Origin: Opitutaceae bacterium
GTDB lineage: Bacteria > Verrucomicrobiota > Verrucomicrobiia > Opitutales > Coraliomargaritaceae
Assembly (NCBI GenBank): GCA_051252375.1
Contig: JBPOFY010000005.1
Span: 128,001 to 192,000, forward strand
Length of the DNA stretch: 64,000 nucleotides
Reading direction: 5' to 3'
The notes below the pieces were generated by a model, which was not told the DNA's origin, made no database searches, and saw nothing but the letters and a program-made list of their open reading frames with translations. Shown piece after piece: positions 53,708 through 64,000 of the stretch. The translations under genes were made by a program, and so were the position numbers. Every line of letters starts with the position of its first letter. The stretch's first letter is position 1.

Positions 53708-54673
53708 ATGATGCGTGTTATGGCGAGTTTGAAAGTAAACGATACTGAACTGGATGAGGCTCTGGAAGGGTTTGAGACTCCGGAGGGTTTGGTCGCGGTT
53801 GCCTTGCACGATGGTTTTGCGGAGTCGAGTGAAGTGGGCCTCGCTATATTGGCGATGGGGGAGGCGTATTGGACCTTGGTGCACGAGGGGGCTTATGTGA
53901 TTTGTGTGGATCAACAACGCGAGGAGCCGATTCGTGCGGAATTGGTCGCCTATGAACTCGTCAGAAAAAAGCGGCTTCGTCCGCTTCCGATGCGCACACA
54001 TGAGTTTCGCTTTAGTGGCTGGAGCTTTGTGGCTTACTGTGTGCTGCTGATCGCAGTGTTTAGTATGCAGGGGGCATATGACTTGGCCTCATTTGGACGT
54101 GTCGATGCCGTATCGATGATCGATCAAGGGCAATGGTGGCGTGCGGTGACTGCTTTAACTTTGCATGCCGATATCGTGCATTTGGTTTCAAATTTGGTGG
54201 CTGGTATGGGCTTTGCTTTTTTTGTCGCGCGTTTTTTTGGTGCCTTTGCGGGCTGGGGTTTGATTCTCCTGAGTGGGTGTCTCGGTAACCTGCTGAATGC
54301 TTGGGTGTATTACCCTGATCCGCATTTTTCGATTGGTGCATCGACCGCAGTTTTTGGGGCTTTGGGTTTGTTGACTGGAATCGGTGTGTGGGTGGCTTTG
54401 GCAGAACCGGATCAACGGTGGACACTGCCGCGTTGGTTGGTGCCGGTCTTTGGTGGTTTCACTTTGCTGGGTTTGATCGGTGTGGGCGATGGACTCGATG
54501 GCTTGGTCGATGTCGCGGCGCACATTAGTGGTTTTCTTTGTGGTCTGGTGCTCGGGCTGGTCGGGGCGATCTTTCAGCGTTTGTTTGTTCGATTTGAAGG
54601 TCCGCTGCACTACGTGGCAGGCTTAGCGAGTTTGGCTTTTGTAGGTCTGGCTTGGTGGCTGGCGCTTCTTTAA
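53708..54673 (+). CDS. Rhomboid family intramembrane serine protease
   Basis: WWR..TAL.LH....H...N, GAS catalytic Ser, AH..GF. Confidence 0.92.
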   Translation: MMRVMASLKVNDTELDEALEGFETPEGLVAVALHDGFAESSEVGLAILAMGEAYWTLVHEGAYVICVDQQREEPIRAELVAYELVRKKRLRPLPMRTHEFRFSGWSFVAYCVLLIAVFSMQGAYDLASFGRVDAVSMIDQGQWWRAVTALTLHADIVHLVSNLVAGMGFAFFVARFFGAFAGWGLILLSGCLGNLLNAWVYYPDPHFSIGASTAVFGALGLLTGIGVWVALAEPDQRWTLPRWLVPVFGGFTLLGLIGVGDGLDGLVDVAAHISGFLCGLVLGLVGAIFQRLFVRFEGPLHYVAGLASLAFVGLAWWLALL

Positions 54674-54680
54674 GGAGAAA

Positions 54681-54794
54681 AAGGTAGCGGCGGTCGTCCC
54701 GACCGCCACACGTGTGAGCCGTGCATTATGATTGGGAGAGTGTAACAATGGTCGAAGGCACTACGATGGCGGTCGGGACGACCGCCGCTACCTT
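54681..54794. repeat. Perfect inverted pair of GTAG-type REPs (REPIN-like, third GTAG family)
   Basis: AAGGTAGCGGCGGTCGTCCCGACCGCCA (54681-54708) and its exact reverse complement (54767-54794). Confidence 0.88.
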
Positions 54795-54875
54795 AAAGGA
54801 GGATGAATGACTATTGAGCGTGTCCGGACACTTTACTTGCTTTACCTTCGAGGGGCTGCTCGTTAGCTGTTTTGT

Positions 54876-55862
54876 ATGACAGAAAAATCGAATTCAGGAC
54901 TCGAAGTAGGGCGCCAAGCAATGCAGGCGGAAGCGGCTGCGATTGAGATTGCGGCTGGGCGTCTGGGTGAAGGTTTTGAGCGCGCATTGGAAATCATCTT
55001 GGCAACGAAGAGTAAGCTGGTGATCTGCGGGATCGGTAAGTCCGGTCATATCGGTGGTAAGCTGGCAGCTACTTTTTCTAGTTCGGGTATTCCTTCGGTT
55101 TTCCTGCATGCTGCAGAAGCGATCCACGGCGACTTAGGAGTGTATCAGCCGGGTGATCCGACGATCGTTTTGTCGAAAAGTGGGAGCACCGCGGAAGTGC
55201 TGCGCTTGATGCCGCTGTTTAAGAAATTTAATTCACCGGTCATCGCGATATTGGGCAACATGGATTCGCCGATTGCAGAACTAGCAGATGTGGTGCTCGA
55301 CGCCAGTGTGGAGAAAGAAGCGGATCCGCTGAATTTGATGCCGACGACGAGCTCGACTGTGAGCTTGGCCATTGGCGACGCGCTGGCTTCGGCCTTGGTC
55401 AAGGCGCGTGATTTTACTGCGGAGGAATTTGCGACTTTCCATCCCGGCGGGCAGTTGGGGCGCAACCTGTTGATGACGGTGGGCGATGTTATGCACGGTA
55501 AAGAGCGTGTGGCTTGCGCCGGCGCGGATGAGACTTTGCGTGAGGTCGTGATCCAGATGACACGTTTCCCCCTTGGTGCAGCTTGCGTGGTGGATGCAAA
55601 CAATCAGCTGCTCGGGATCATCACAGATGGTGACATTCGTCGTCTGTTGTCAGGCGACGGCGAGATTTTGGGCAAAAAGGTCGGCGATTGTATGACGGCT
55701 TCGCCGATATCGACGCATGCGAAAATGTCGCTCGGTGAGGCGCTTCGTATTATGGAAGACCGTCCATCGCAAATCTCCGTCTTGCCGGTGGTGGCAGAAG
55801 ACGGCACCGATTTTAGCGGTCTACTGCGCCTGCACGACGCCTATCAGCCGAGTTTTTCGTAA
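54876..55862 (+). CDS. kdsD: Arabinose 5-phosphate isomerase, KdsD/KpsF/GutQ family (SIS + CBS)
   Basis: GIGKSGHIG, AEA.HGDLG, PT.S, FHPGG.LG, CBS pair. Confidence 0.93.
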   Translation: MTEKSNSGLEVGRQAMQAEAAAIEIAAGRLGEGFERALEIILATKSKLVICGIGKSGHIGGKLAATFSSSGIPSVFLHAAEAIHGDLGVYQPGDPTIVLSKSGSTAEVLRLMPLFKKFNSPVIAILGNMDSPIAELADVVLDASVEKEADPLNLMPTTSSTVSLAIGDALASALVKARDFTAEEFATFHPGGQLGRNLLMTVGDVMHGKERVACAGADETLREVVIQMTRFPLGAACVVDANNQLLGIITDGDIRRLLSGDGEILGKKVGDCMTASPISTHAKMSLGEALRIMEDRPSQISVLPVVAEDGTDFSGLLRLHDAYQPSFS

Positions 55863-55885
55863 GTGTGCGGAACGCGCCGCGTTTT

Positions 55886-56734
55886 CTACTTCAAAAAGCG
55901 CTCAGTTAGCTGCTCGATAATGTAGTCGCGGGCTTCCTCGACGGTGTCGATGACCTTGAAGAGATTCACGTCTTCGGGAGAAATGGTGCCCCATTGCACG
56001 AGGGCATCGAAGTTAATGACGCTATTCCAGAACTCGCTGCCGAAGAGGACGATTGGAGGCAGTTTTTCAATTTTCTTGGTTTGCACGAGGGTGAGTGTCT
56101 CGAAGAGCTCGTCCATGGTGCCGAAGCCTCCAGGGAAGGCGACTAGTGCCTTGGCGAGGAGGACAAACCAATATTTGCGGACGAAGAAGTAGTGGAACTC
56201 GAATTGTAGCTCGTCGGGGATGTATTTGTTGACGCCTTGTTCGAATGGCAGGCTGATGCCGAGGCCGATCGATTTACCGCCGACGTTGTGGGCGCCGCGA
56301 TTGGCGGCTTCCATAATGCCGGGCCCGCCGCCGGAGCAGATGATGAAGCGGCGCTTGTCAGCCTCGGGTAGCGCCATGGACCATTTAGTCAATTCCTCAG
56401 CGAGTTGCACGGCAGCATCGTAGTAGGGGGCTGCTTTGACCCCGCATTCTGCGAAATGTAGTGCGCGTTTTTCCGCCGGGCTTGGATTGGCGGGGTCGGC
56501 GATGCCAGTTTTGAGGTCAGCCAGCTCTTTTTGAGCTACTTCGAGCGGTTTAAGACGGGCTGAGCCAAAGAGGACGATGGTGTCCTCGATCTTTTCTTCG
56601 GCGAAACGGAGGCCGGGTTCGGTCATTTCGCAGAGCACCCGAATGCTGCGGGCATCGTCACTAATGAGGAAATCGAGGTTTTTATAGGCTTTCAGGGGCC
56701 ATTCGTCGCGGGAGCAATCTCTGGATAAGGACAT
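55886..56734 (-). CDS. LOG family protein (TIGR00730-like)
   Basis: GGGPGIMEAAN, FHYFF.RK, PGGFGTMDE. Confidence 0.93.
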   Translation of the reverse strand: MSLSRDCSRDEWPLKAYKNLDFLISDDARSIRVLCEMTEPGLRFAEEKIEDTIVLFGSARLKPLEVAQKELADLKTGIADPANPSPAEKRALHFAECGVKAAPYYDAAVQLAEELTKWSMALPEADKRRFIICSGGGPGIMEAANRGAHNVGGKSIGLGISLPFEQGVNKYIPDELQFEFHYFFVRKYWFVLLAKALVAFPGGFGTMDELFETLTLVQTKKIEKLPPIVLFGSEFWNSVINFDALVQWGTISPEDVNLFKVIDTVEEARDYIIEQLTERFLK

Positions 56735-56886
56735 AAATTATTGGAGTTTTGTGTATGTGATAGAGGTATAGTGGGTATTCCCAGCTGGCAACTGTTTCTA
56801 GTCGATCTTTTAGGGTTGCGGGGCTTGCCCTCGGTGCTTGTTCTTAGCGCTTTTCTACCCCTCAATTTACCAATTTCCAGTTTCTC

Positions 56887-59800
56887 ATGTATCTCAAAGA
56901 GATCGTCATCAGTGGTTTTAAAAGTTTCGCCGATCGCACCCGTTTAGACTTACGTCGTGGTGTGACTGCCGTGGTCGGTCCCAATGGCTGTGGCAAAAGT
57001 AACATCGTGGATGCGATCCGCTGGGTCTTGGGCGAGCAAAGCGCTAAGGCGCTGCGTGGCGCGTCGATGCAGGACGTTATTTTCGAAGGCACGGATAAGC
57101 GTAAATCGTTGCCGACTTGTGAGGTCTCGTTGACTTTTACGGATTGCGAAAAGGAGCTGGGCACATCGTTCAATGAGGTCGAAATCTCGCGTCGTGTCAG
57201 CCGTGACGGGGGCAGTGATTACTTTATCAATGGCAAGGTTTCTCGCCTGAAAGACATCCAGCGTTTGTTCGCGAATACCGGGGTGGGGCGTGTTTCTTAT
57301 TCCTTCATGTTGCAGGGGCAGATCGACCAGATTCTGTCGACCAATGCATCCGAGCGTCGCACGATTTTTGAAGAAGCCGCGGGGATCACACTTTATAAGG
57401 CACAGCGTAAAGAAGCATTGAACAAGCTGTCGCTCGTGGATGCCAACTTAGCGCGTGTGACTGATGTGATCGAAGAAGTGAGTCGCCAAATCGGTTCGCT
57501 CAAACGTCAGGCCAGCAAGGCGCTGCGTTATCAGCGTATCAAGCACCGTCTCACACACTTGGACCTCGCCTTTAGTGCTCATCGATATACGGACCTGAAA
57601 TCGTCGATCGACGCGGTGGCGTCGCGGGCCGACGAGCTGCGCAAAAAAGTAGAAGTGCACACTGAGTCGTTGGATTCGGATGAGACAGCCCTCGCTGAAA
57701 AGAAAGCGAAGCGCGCAGAGCTCTACGAGAAGATGCAGGAGTTCCAGCAGCGCGTATATAATTTGCGTTCTGAAAAGGAGAACTCCGAGAATCAGGCAGA
57801 GTTTTCCGGCATTCGGATGAAGGACCTACAGGGTCGCATCGAAGAGTATAAAAAGGAAATTGCCGATTTAGATCAGCAGCAGAGTCAGTTGGCAGATCGC
57901 GCCAAGAGCGAATCTGAGAACAAGCAGATGCAGCTCGATGTGGTGGACGATTCCGACCGTATTTTTCGCGACCGTAGCTCTGATCTAGTCAATGCGCAGG
58001 AGAAGCTCGGCGAAATGGAAGCGCAACTGCAAGAGCGTCGCCAAGGTGTGCTCTTCGCTGAAAATCGCATCAACCGTGCGCGCTCTCGTTGCACCACTTT
58101 GGAAGTCGATCTGAAGACTTACCAAGTTAAGCACGCTGCGTTAACGGAGACGCTTCTTACATTAAAAGAAGAAGTGGTCGTCCTCGAGCAAGGCATGTCT
58201 GAGATACAGCGCCTATTGGCTAAGCGACGTGAAGAGCAAAGCGCGAGCGAAGCGGCAGTCGAGAAAGCCCGCAACGATTCGAAAGAAATTTTAACGCAGT
58301 TCCGCAGTATGCAGGAACGCATACAAGACCAAGATCGTGGTATCGCTCGCAAGACAGCACAGCTCAACGTGCTCGAAGGTTTGCAGGCTAAGTTCGAAGG
58401 TTTCGGCGAAGGCGCAAAGGCGATCCTAGGAGACAAGCTTAACGAAGTCGTTTCCAAAAACGATGTTTCGATTATTTCCAAAGAGCTGAAGGTGCAGTCC
58501 GAATACACCGCTTCCTTGGAGACTTTGCTCGGTTCGGCGGCTGAAGCGCTTTACTTGGGTAATTCGCAGACCGCGCTTTCTGTGATCGGTAAACTCGATG
58601 AAGGCCGCCTCGGCCGTGCTTGTTTACAGATCGAAGTTGATTCGGTAGAGCAGAGCCCGAATGTGGATTTGTCGGATGTATTGGTTCCTGCCAGTTCAGT
58701 CCTGGAAGTGCGCGATCCGTCACTTCAAGGTGCGGTGGAGCGTTTGCTAAGTGGGTGTTATTTCGCACAAAGCTTGGACCAATTTGTTGGTTTCTGGAAA
58801 GCGAATCCTGCTTTAAATTTCCTCCTCGTCGCCACGCCAAACGGCGAAATTATTGATTGCCGTGGTCTTATTCATGGTGGCCGCACCTCTGGTAAGAAGT
58901 CATCCAGCGTGCTGGAGCGTGAGTCCGAGATTCGCAGACTCCGTAGCGAGATCGAAACCGAGCGTAAGGCGCTTAATGAGCTACGCGAAGATGCTTCCGC
59001 ACTCGATGACCGTCGCAATACAGCCGAAGCCACTGTTGAAGAACAGCGCCAACGCCTCAGCGAACTTGCCAGCGAAGTTTCCGGGCTCGTCGCCGAAGAG
59101 CGCAATCAAACTCAAAAGATCGAGGGTAATGCTCGCTCGCATCACAACAGTGATGAAGAGCTCGCTAGACTTGACGCCAAGCACGGTGATTCCGTCAAAG
59201 AACTTGAAGATGCTAAGTCTGAATTAGAGGCCGCTGAAGAGGGGCTCACTGCAGAACGTCAAAGCGGCACGGATCTCGAAGATGCGATCAACCGCGCTCG
59301 TGAGCTACGTGACCAAAAACGCGAATCGCTCGCGGATGTTCGCCTAGAGCTGGCCGAGAAGAAGCAACGTCTCGAATCGGTCGACCGCGCACTGGGTGAA
59401 GTCCAACGCGAAACGGCTAGCCTCCAAAATCGTATCCTACGTCGTAATCAAGAGATTGATACCATCAACGAACAGATCGCGCAGCTGACTCAAAGTGGTG
59501 CAATGGAACGCGAAAAAAGCGCTGAGTTGGATAAGACGCTTCAAGTGGCTACCGAGCAGTTGGATAAAGACCGCTTAGAACTTAAGTCGCTCGACGGTGA
59601 CATATCGGAGGTCGACGGTGGCCTCACTGGTAGGCGCAACGAAGGTCGTGCGATTGATCAGGAGCTCGCACGTTTGGATGTGCGCCTAGCCGAAGAACGC
59701 TCGCAAATTGGTTTCATCCAAGGCAGCGCAGAAGACGAATATCAGATCGAACTTTCGAATGTGAATTGGAAGTCTGAACTATGGGAGGGGAACGTCGAAT

Positions 59801-60612
59801 TTGAAAAACGCGTGAACCTCGACGACATGGACGATCCAGACAAGTTCGCCGCGCAGCCGAAGCATGAACGCCGCGATCCGACTGAGGAAGAGCTAGCTGA
59901 GATGGATCACACCGACTGGAAAGAGATCGAAACAGAGGTTTCCGAGCTCAAGGGTCGTATTGCAAACATGGGTCCCGTCAATCTCGACGCCATCAGCGAA
60001 TACACTGACTTGAAGGATCGCCACGATTTCCTCAAATCGCAAAGCGAAGACCTCTGGAATTCGAAGAATGCCCTCGTTAAGTCCATCGACGAAATCAACG
60101 AGACATCGCAGTCGCTTTTCAAAGAGACTTTCGAGCAAGTCCGAAAGAATTTTGCATTCACCTATGAGAAGATTTCCGGCGGGGGCGATTCCGACCTCCT
60201 TCTGGTCGACTCCGACGACCCGCTTGAGTCTGGCATCGACATCATTGCCCGCCCTCCAGGCACTCGTTTGAAGAGTGTGACCTTGCTTTCCGGTGGACAG
60301 CGCACGATGGCAGCGGTGGCTCTGTTGTTTGCCATTTATATGGTCAAGCCCAGCCCGTTCTGTGTGCTCGACGAAATTGATGCGGCTCTCGACGATGCGA
60401 ATATTGGTCGTTTCTGTGAGACCTTGCATGGCTTTACCGATAAGTCGCAGTTCCTCATCGTCACGCACAACAAGCGCACGATTTCGAACGCCGACACTGT
60501 CTTCGGTGTGACTATGCCGGAGAAGGGGGTTTCGACCCTGGTTTCCATGCGTTTCAATAAGGATACGAATCGCCCCGACCTCGTCGGTGCCGATAATTCG
60601 CAGCCTTTCTAA
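56887..60612 (+). CDS. smc: Chromosome segregation protein SMC
   Basis: [15 protein letters not shown], long coiled coils with hinge, [14 protein letters not shown]. Confidence 0.97.
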   Translation: MYLKEIVISGFKSFADRTRLDLRRGVTAVVGPNGCGKSNIVDAIRWVLGEQSAKALRGASMQDVIFEGTDKRKSLPTCEVSLTFTDCEKELGTSFNEVEISRRVSRDGGSDYFINGKVSRLKDIQRLFANTGVGRVSYSFMLQGQIDQILSTNASERRTIFEEAAGITLYKAQRKEALNKLSLVDANLARVTDVIEEVSRQIGSLKRQASKALRYQRIKHRLTHLDLAFSAHRYTDLKSSIDAVASRADELRKKVEVHTESLDSDETALAEKKAKRAELYEKMQEFQQRVYNLRSEKENSENQAEFSGIRMKDLQGRIEEYKKEIADLDQQQSQLADRAKSESENKQMQLDVVDDSDRIFRDRSSDLVNAQEKLGEMEAQLQERRQGVLFAENRINRARSRCTTLEVDLKTYQVKHAALTETLLTLKEEVVVLEQGMSEIQRLLAKRREEQSASEAAVEKARNDSKEILTQFRSMQERIQDQDRGIARKTAQLNVLEGLQAKFEGFGEGAKAILGDKLNEVVSKNDVSIISKELKVQSEYTASLETLLGSAAEALYLGNSQTALSVIGKLDEGRLGRACLQIEVDSVEQSPNVDLSDVLVPASSVLEVRDPSLQGAVERLLSGCYFAQSLDQFVGFWKANPALNFLLVATPNGEIIDCRGLIHGGRTSGKKSSSVLERESEIRRLRSEIETERKALNELREDASALDDRRNTAEATVEEQRQRLSELASEVSGLVAEERNQTQKIEGNARSHHNSDEELARLDAKHGDSVKELEDAKSELEAAEEGLTAERQSGTDLEDAINRARELRDQKRESLADVRLELAEKKQRLESVDRALGEVQRETASLQNRILRRNQEIDTINEQIAQLTQSGAMEREKSAELDKTLQVATEQLDKDRLELKSLDGDISEVDGGLTGRRNEGRAIDQELARLDVRLAEERSQIGFIQGSAEDEYQIELSNVNWKSELWEGNVEFEKRVNLDDMDDPDKFAAQPKHERRDPTEEELAEMDHTDWKEIETEVSELKGRIANMGPVNLDAISEYTDLKDRHDFLKSQSEDLWNSKNALVKSIDEINETSQSLFKETFEQVRKNFAFTYEKISGGGDSDLLLVDSDDPLESGIDIIARPPGTRLKSVTLLSGGQRTMAAVALLFAIYMVKPSPFCVLDEIDAALDDANIGRFCETLHGFTDKSQFLIVTHNKRTISNADTVFGVTMPEKGVSTLVSMRFNKDTNRPDLVGADNSQPF

Positions 60613-60624
60613 GCGTCTCTTATC

Positions 60625-60858
60625 GTGATCGGTCTGGATGTAGATATTTTCTTTCTCCTCTACATAGGGGCAGGCTTCTTGCTGCTATTCGGACTGTGGT
60701 TTTATTACGATTGGCGCGACAAGCATCTCCATGCAGCTCAGCGCTCAAAAGTCATTTACCACTGCATCAAATGCAGTCACATTTACACAGGGCCACATCG
60801 TAGTGAAGAATGCGATTGCCCCCAATGCGGCTTTACCAATGGTCGCTTAAGATTTTAA
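60625..60858 (+). CDS. Small membrane protein with C-terminal zinc ribbon
   Basis: N-terminal TM; CIKC...CPQC. Confidence 0.7.
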   Translation: MIGLDVDIFFLLYIGAGFLLLFGLWFYYDWRDKHLHAAQRSKVIYHCIKCSHIYTGPHRSEECDCPQCGFTNGRLRF

Positions 60859-60862
60859 TTCA

Positions 60863-60907
60863 TTCAGTTTTCAGTTTCAGCTCTCAGTTTTCAGAATTTC
60901 AGCATTT
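60863..60907 (+). repeat. Short tandem repeat (TTTCAG-like) upstream of guaA
   Basis: ttcagttttcagtttcagctctcagttttcagaatttcagcattt. Confidence 0.7.
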
Positions 60908-60916
60908 AAATAAGTC

Positions 60917-62464
60917 ATGCCAAAGCACATAGCAGTTCTCGATTTCGGTTCCCAATACACGCAGGTCATCGCCCGTCGCATCCGCGAAGCGAATGTCCTC
61001 TCCCGGATCTATCCGTATAACACACAAGCCAGCGTGCTCAAAGATGCTGGAGTTATGGGAGTCATCCTCTCCGGCGGCCCATCTTCGGTTTTGATCGAGG
61101 GCTCGCCACGACCTGACGCCGCTGTCTTCGACATGGGGCTCCCCGTCCTCGGTATTTGCTACGGTGAGCAGCTCATGGCGCACATGCTTGGTGGTAAAGT
61201 CGCCAAGAGTGAAGAGCGCGAGTTCGGGCACGGCACATTAAATATTCAGATCAAAGGTAAACTCTTCGAGGGTATGCCCGACAGCCTACGCGTCTGGAAC
61301 TCGCACGGCGACCGCCTCGAAACCTTACCCGAAGGTTTCGAAGCTGTGGCTTCGACCGAAAATTCACCTTTCGCCACCATCCAAGACGCGAAGCGTGATT
61401 TCTACGGCATGCAGTTCCACCCCGAAGTCGCTCACTCAGAAATGGGCACCGAGGTGATTGCCAACTTCCTCTTTAAGATCTGCGGCTGCACCGCCGACTG
61501 GTCGATGGCCAACTACATCGAAGAAACCGTGCAGAACATTCGCGACAAGGTCGGCGATGAGCGCGTCATCCTCGGACTTTCCGGCGGCGTTGATTCCTCC
61601 GTCGCAGCAGCTCTGATTCACCGCGCTATTGGTAAACAATTGACCTGCGTCTTCGTCGACAACGGACTGCTTCGTCTCCACGAGCGCGAGCAAGTGGAGA
61701 AGCTCTATGGTGACCATTTCGATCTTGATGTCCGTGTCGCGGATAAGGGTAAGTTCTTCCTCGATCGTCTTGCTGGTGTTTCCGATCCGGAAACGAAGCG
61801 CAAGATCATCGGCAACTCCTTTGTCGAAGTCTTCGACGAAGCCGTCACCCAACTCAAAGAGAAGGGCAACTACACTTTCCTCGCTCAAGGCACACTCTAT
61901 CCCGACGTCATCGAGTCGATCGCGATCGATGGCAATCCAGCTGCTTTGATTAAGAGCCACCACAATGTCGGCGGCTTGCCTGAGAAGATGAATCTCAAGC
62001 TGCTCGAACCGCTCCGCGAACTGTTTAAAGACGAAGTCCGTGAACTTGGCAGCCAGCTCGGTTTGCCGAAGGAAGTTGTCTGGCGTCAACCATTTCCCGG
62101 TCCCGGCCTCGGTGTCCGCGTGATGGGTCCGATCAAAGAAGAAGACCTCGTCGTCTTGCGCAAGGCCGATGCCATTCTTCACGAAGAAATGATGGCCGCC
62201 GATCTCTACTATAAGGTGTGGCAGTCGTTCTGTGTCTTCCTGCCGGTCAAGACTGTCGGTGTGATGGGTGACGAGCGCACATACGAAAATGTCATCGCAC
62301 TCCGCATTGTCGAAAGTGTTGATGCCATGACTGCCGACTGGGCCCGCGTGCCTTACGAGGTGCTTCGCTCCATTTCCAGCCGAATCATCAACGAAGTTAC
62401 CGGTTGTAATCGTGTTGTGCTCGACATCAGTTCCAAACCGCCGAGCACCATTGAGTGGGAGTAG
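60917..62464 (+). CDS. guaA: GMP synthase (glutamine-hydrolysing)
   Basis: [44 protein letters not shown]. Confidence 0.99.
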   Translation: MPKHIAVLDFGSQYTQVIARRIREANVLSRIYPYNTQASVLKDAGVMGVILSGGPSSVLIEGSPRPDAAVFDMGLPVLGICYGEQLMAHMLGGKVAKSEEREFGHGTLNIQIKGKLFEGMPDSLRVWNSHGDRLETLPEGFEAVASTENSPFATIQDAKRDFYGMQFHPEVAHSEMGTEVIANFLFKICGCTADWSMANYIEETVQNIRDKVGDERVILGLSGGVDSSVAAALIHRAIGKQLTCVFVDNGLLRLHEREQVEKLYGDHFDLDVRVADKGKFFLDRLAGVSDPETKRKIIGNSFVEVFDEAVTQLKEKGNYTFLAQGTLYPDVIESIAIDGNPAALIKSHHNVGGLPEKMNLKLLEPLRELFKDEVRELGSQLGLPKEVVWRQPFPGPGLGVRVMGPIKEEDLVVLRKADAILHEEMMAADLYYKVWQSFCVFLPVKTVGVMGDERTYENVIALRIVESVDAMTADWARVPYEVLRSISSRIINEVTGCNRVVLDISSKPPSTIEWE

Positions 62465-62527
62465 GGCGTCCTCTATTTTCTACCGCACGAACAAATCCCA
62501 ATACCTCCTGTCTGAGAGATTTACACT

Positions 62528-63253
62528 ATGAAGCTTTTATTTTCTGCCTGTTTGCTCGTATTAGCGACACCATTGCTCGCGCAAACTCCCTCCGTCTCGG
62601 ATATCGTTAATCGTGCTCGCGCCACAGTGGGTCTCGATACTGCACTCGATGGCCTAGTCACTTTGAATATGACTGGCTCATTAGAGCCAATCGATTCCAA
62701 GATGCCAGCCGCAGCACTGCTCATTGTCGCTCGTAAACCATGCTCGCAGCGTATGGAAATCCGTATCGATGACATGGTAGAGACGCACATTCTCAATGGT
62801 GAAAACGGCTGCATTATCCGCTCCAACCTGCAAAATGGCACATCTCAAATGCGTCCATTGACAGCTGCCGAGCAAGCTCGTGTCGCTTTCAGCACGCGGC
62901 AGTTTTTCAGCTTTTATCGCCCTGACTTTAAGAACGGTGAGCGCATCACCTACGAAGGCATCGAGCAGCGCATAGGCATTCGTTGCCACAAGCTCGTTTA
63001 CGCATATCCGGATGGTCTCACGACAGTGCGCTACTTTTCCGTTGATGAAGATAAACTCATTTCCACGATTACGGAAAACAAGGTCGAGAGTGTGAGTGTT
63101 GGTGTGCAAAACATCGGCGGCATACGCTTTCCTGAAAAAATCGACTACTTCGAGGACGGCCGAAAACTCCATAGCATTGTGCTGCGTTCCATTGTCGTGA
63201 ACAAGCCCCTGCAGGAAGGTATCTTCGATATTCCTAAAGGTCAGAAAAAGTAA
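62528..63253 (+). CDS. Exported hypothetical protein (LolA-like fold possible)
   Basis: Signal peptide ending LLAQ; GGIRFP...VN......F..P C-terminal pattern. Confidence 0.55.
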   Translation: MKLLFSACLLVLATPLLAQTPSVSDIVNRARATVGLDTALDGLVTLNMTGSLEPIDSKMPAAALLIVARKPCSQRMEIRIDDMVETHILNGENGCIIRSNLQNGTSQMRPLTAAEQARVAFSTRQFFSFYRPDFKNGERITYEGIEQRIGIRCHKLVYAYPDGLTTVRYFSVDEDKLISTITENKVESVSVGVQNIGGIRFPEKIDYFEDGRKLHSIVLRSIVVNKPLQEGIFDIPKGQKK

Positions 63254-63300
63254 GGGCGCTGGCTTGCAGCTTGCCCTCCGACCTGTTCTCTTAGCGTGCT

Positions 63301-64000
63301 ATGCAACGCATCGATTTTTCTGAATCCGCTAAATTTCAAGACGCATTACGTAAGTTTTGTGACAACACCATTGTGTCCGGCGATGTTTCCGCCGTGGTCA
63401 CCAAAGTCTTAGCTGACGTCAAAAAACACGGCGACCGCGCCGTGCTCGAATACACCGAGCAGTTCGATGGCGCCGAATTGAAGGCGCAGCAAATGCGCGT
63501 CACTGCCGCCGAGCTCAAGGCTGCGGAAAAGAGCCTTTCCGTTGCTGACCGTAAAGCCATCCGCGAGTCCATCGCCTTGGTTAAAGATTTCCATAAGAAG
63601 ACCCTGCCGAAAAACTGGAAGGCAAAGAATGCCCAAGGTGGCACAGTGGGGGAGCGCTTTTACCCGATCAACCGTGTCGGTCTCTACATTCCCGGTGGCA
63701 ATGTGCCACTCGTCTCGACGGTCGTCATGACAGCCGTGCTTGCCAAGCTGGTCAAGTGCCCACAAATCGCTGTTTGCACTCCGCCTGCCGTCGATGGTTC
63801 CATCGCCCCAGGTATGCTAGCTGCGCTCTCTCTAGTCGGTATCGACGAAGTGTATAAAGTCGGCGGCGTTCAAGCCGTTGGTGCGATGGCCTATGGCACG
63901 CAGACGGTTCCAGCAGTCGATAAAATCTTCGGTCCCGGCAATGCTTTCGTCATGGAGGCCAAGCGCCAAGTCCTCGGCACCGTGGGTATCGATCTCTTGC
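63301..64000 (+). CDS. hisD: Histidinol dehydrogenase, 5' part (runs off the window)
   Basis: Manual translation: GD.AV.EYT..FD, RVGLYIPGG, GGVQAVGAMAYGT, DKIFGPGN.FV..AKRQV. Confidence 0.96.
   Translation, partial: MQRIDFSESAKFQDALRKFCDNTIVSGDVSAVVTKVLADVKKHGDRAVLEYTEQFDGAELKAQQMRVTAAELKAAEKSLSVADRKAIRESIALVKDFHKKTLPKNWKAKNAQGGTVGERFYPINRVGLYIPGGNVPLVSTVVMTAVLAKLVKCPQIAVCTPPAVDGSIAPGMLAALSLVGIDEVYKVGGVQAVGAMAYGTQTVPAVDKIFGPGNAFVMEAKRQVLGTVGIDLL

Noticed and set aside
56887..60612. SMC as Wadjet/JetC or another defence ATPase
   Set aside because: Canonical full-length SMC with hinge, flanked by housekeeping genes; no jetABD-like neighbours.
61436..62182. 248-aa antisense ORF inside guaA, and similar antisense ORFs in pgk, tpiA, pta and smc
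   Set aside because: They fully overlap well-supported genes on the opposite strand and are codon-bias shadows.

Overview
Bacterial chromosomal window. Gene content (PEP-CTERM protein, GxxExxY, H-X9-DG-like protein, giant RCC1/CARDB surface protein) points to Verrucomicrobiota, probably Opitutia/Coraliomargarita-like; this is an inference. Most of it is housekeeping: dxs (partial), xseB, pta, murJ, gap-pgk-tpi, menB, aroG, pyrBC, a Tro/Mnt metal ABC operon, trpS, rpsT, a pilMNOPQ-like operon, mnmA, kdsD, smc, guaA and hisD (partial). The main accessory signals are: (1) a four-cassette integron-type array (~4500-6710, minus strand) with three intact attC sites, one broken attC, an attI-like site and a candidate Pc, but no integrase where intI would sit; (2) an intact REP-associated HUH tyrosine transposase (RAYT) inside a strictly alternating nine-REP BIME-like array, plus several other REP families whose stems covary; (3) a GxxExxY PD-(D/E)XK gene bracketed exactly by 30-bp inverted repeats inside the metal-transport operon, with ORF-less inverted-repeat elements elsewhere; (4) a permease-DtxR fusion with a candidate operator; (5) a secretin operon followed by a 2234-aa modular surface protein. 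No rRNA, tRNA or CRISPR array was seen.
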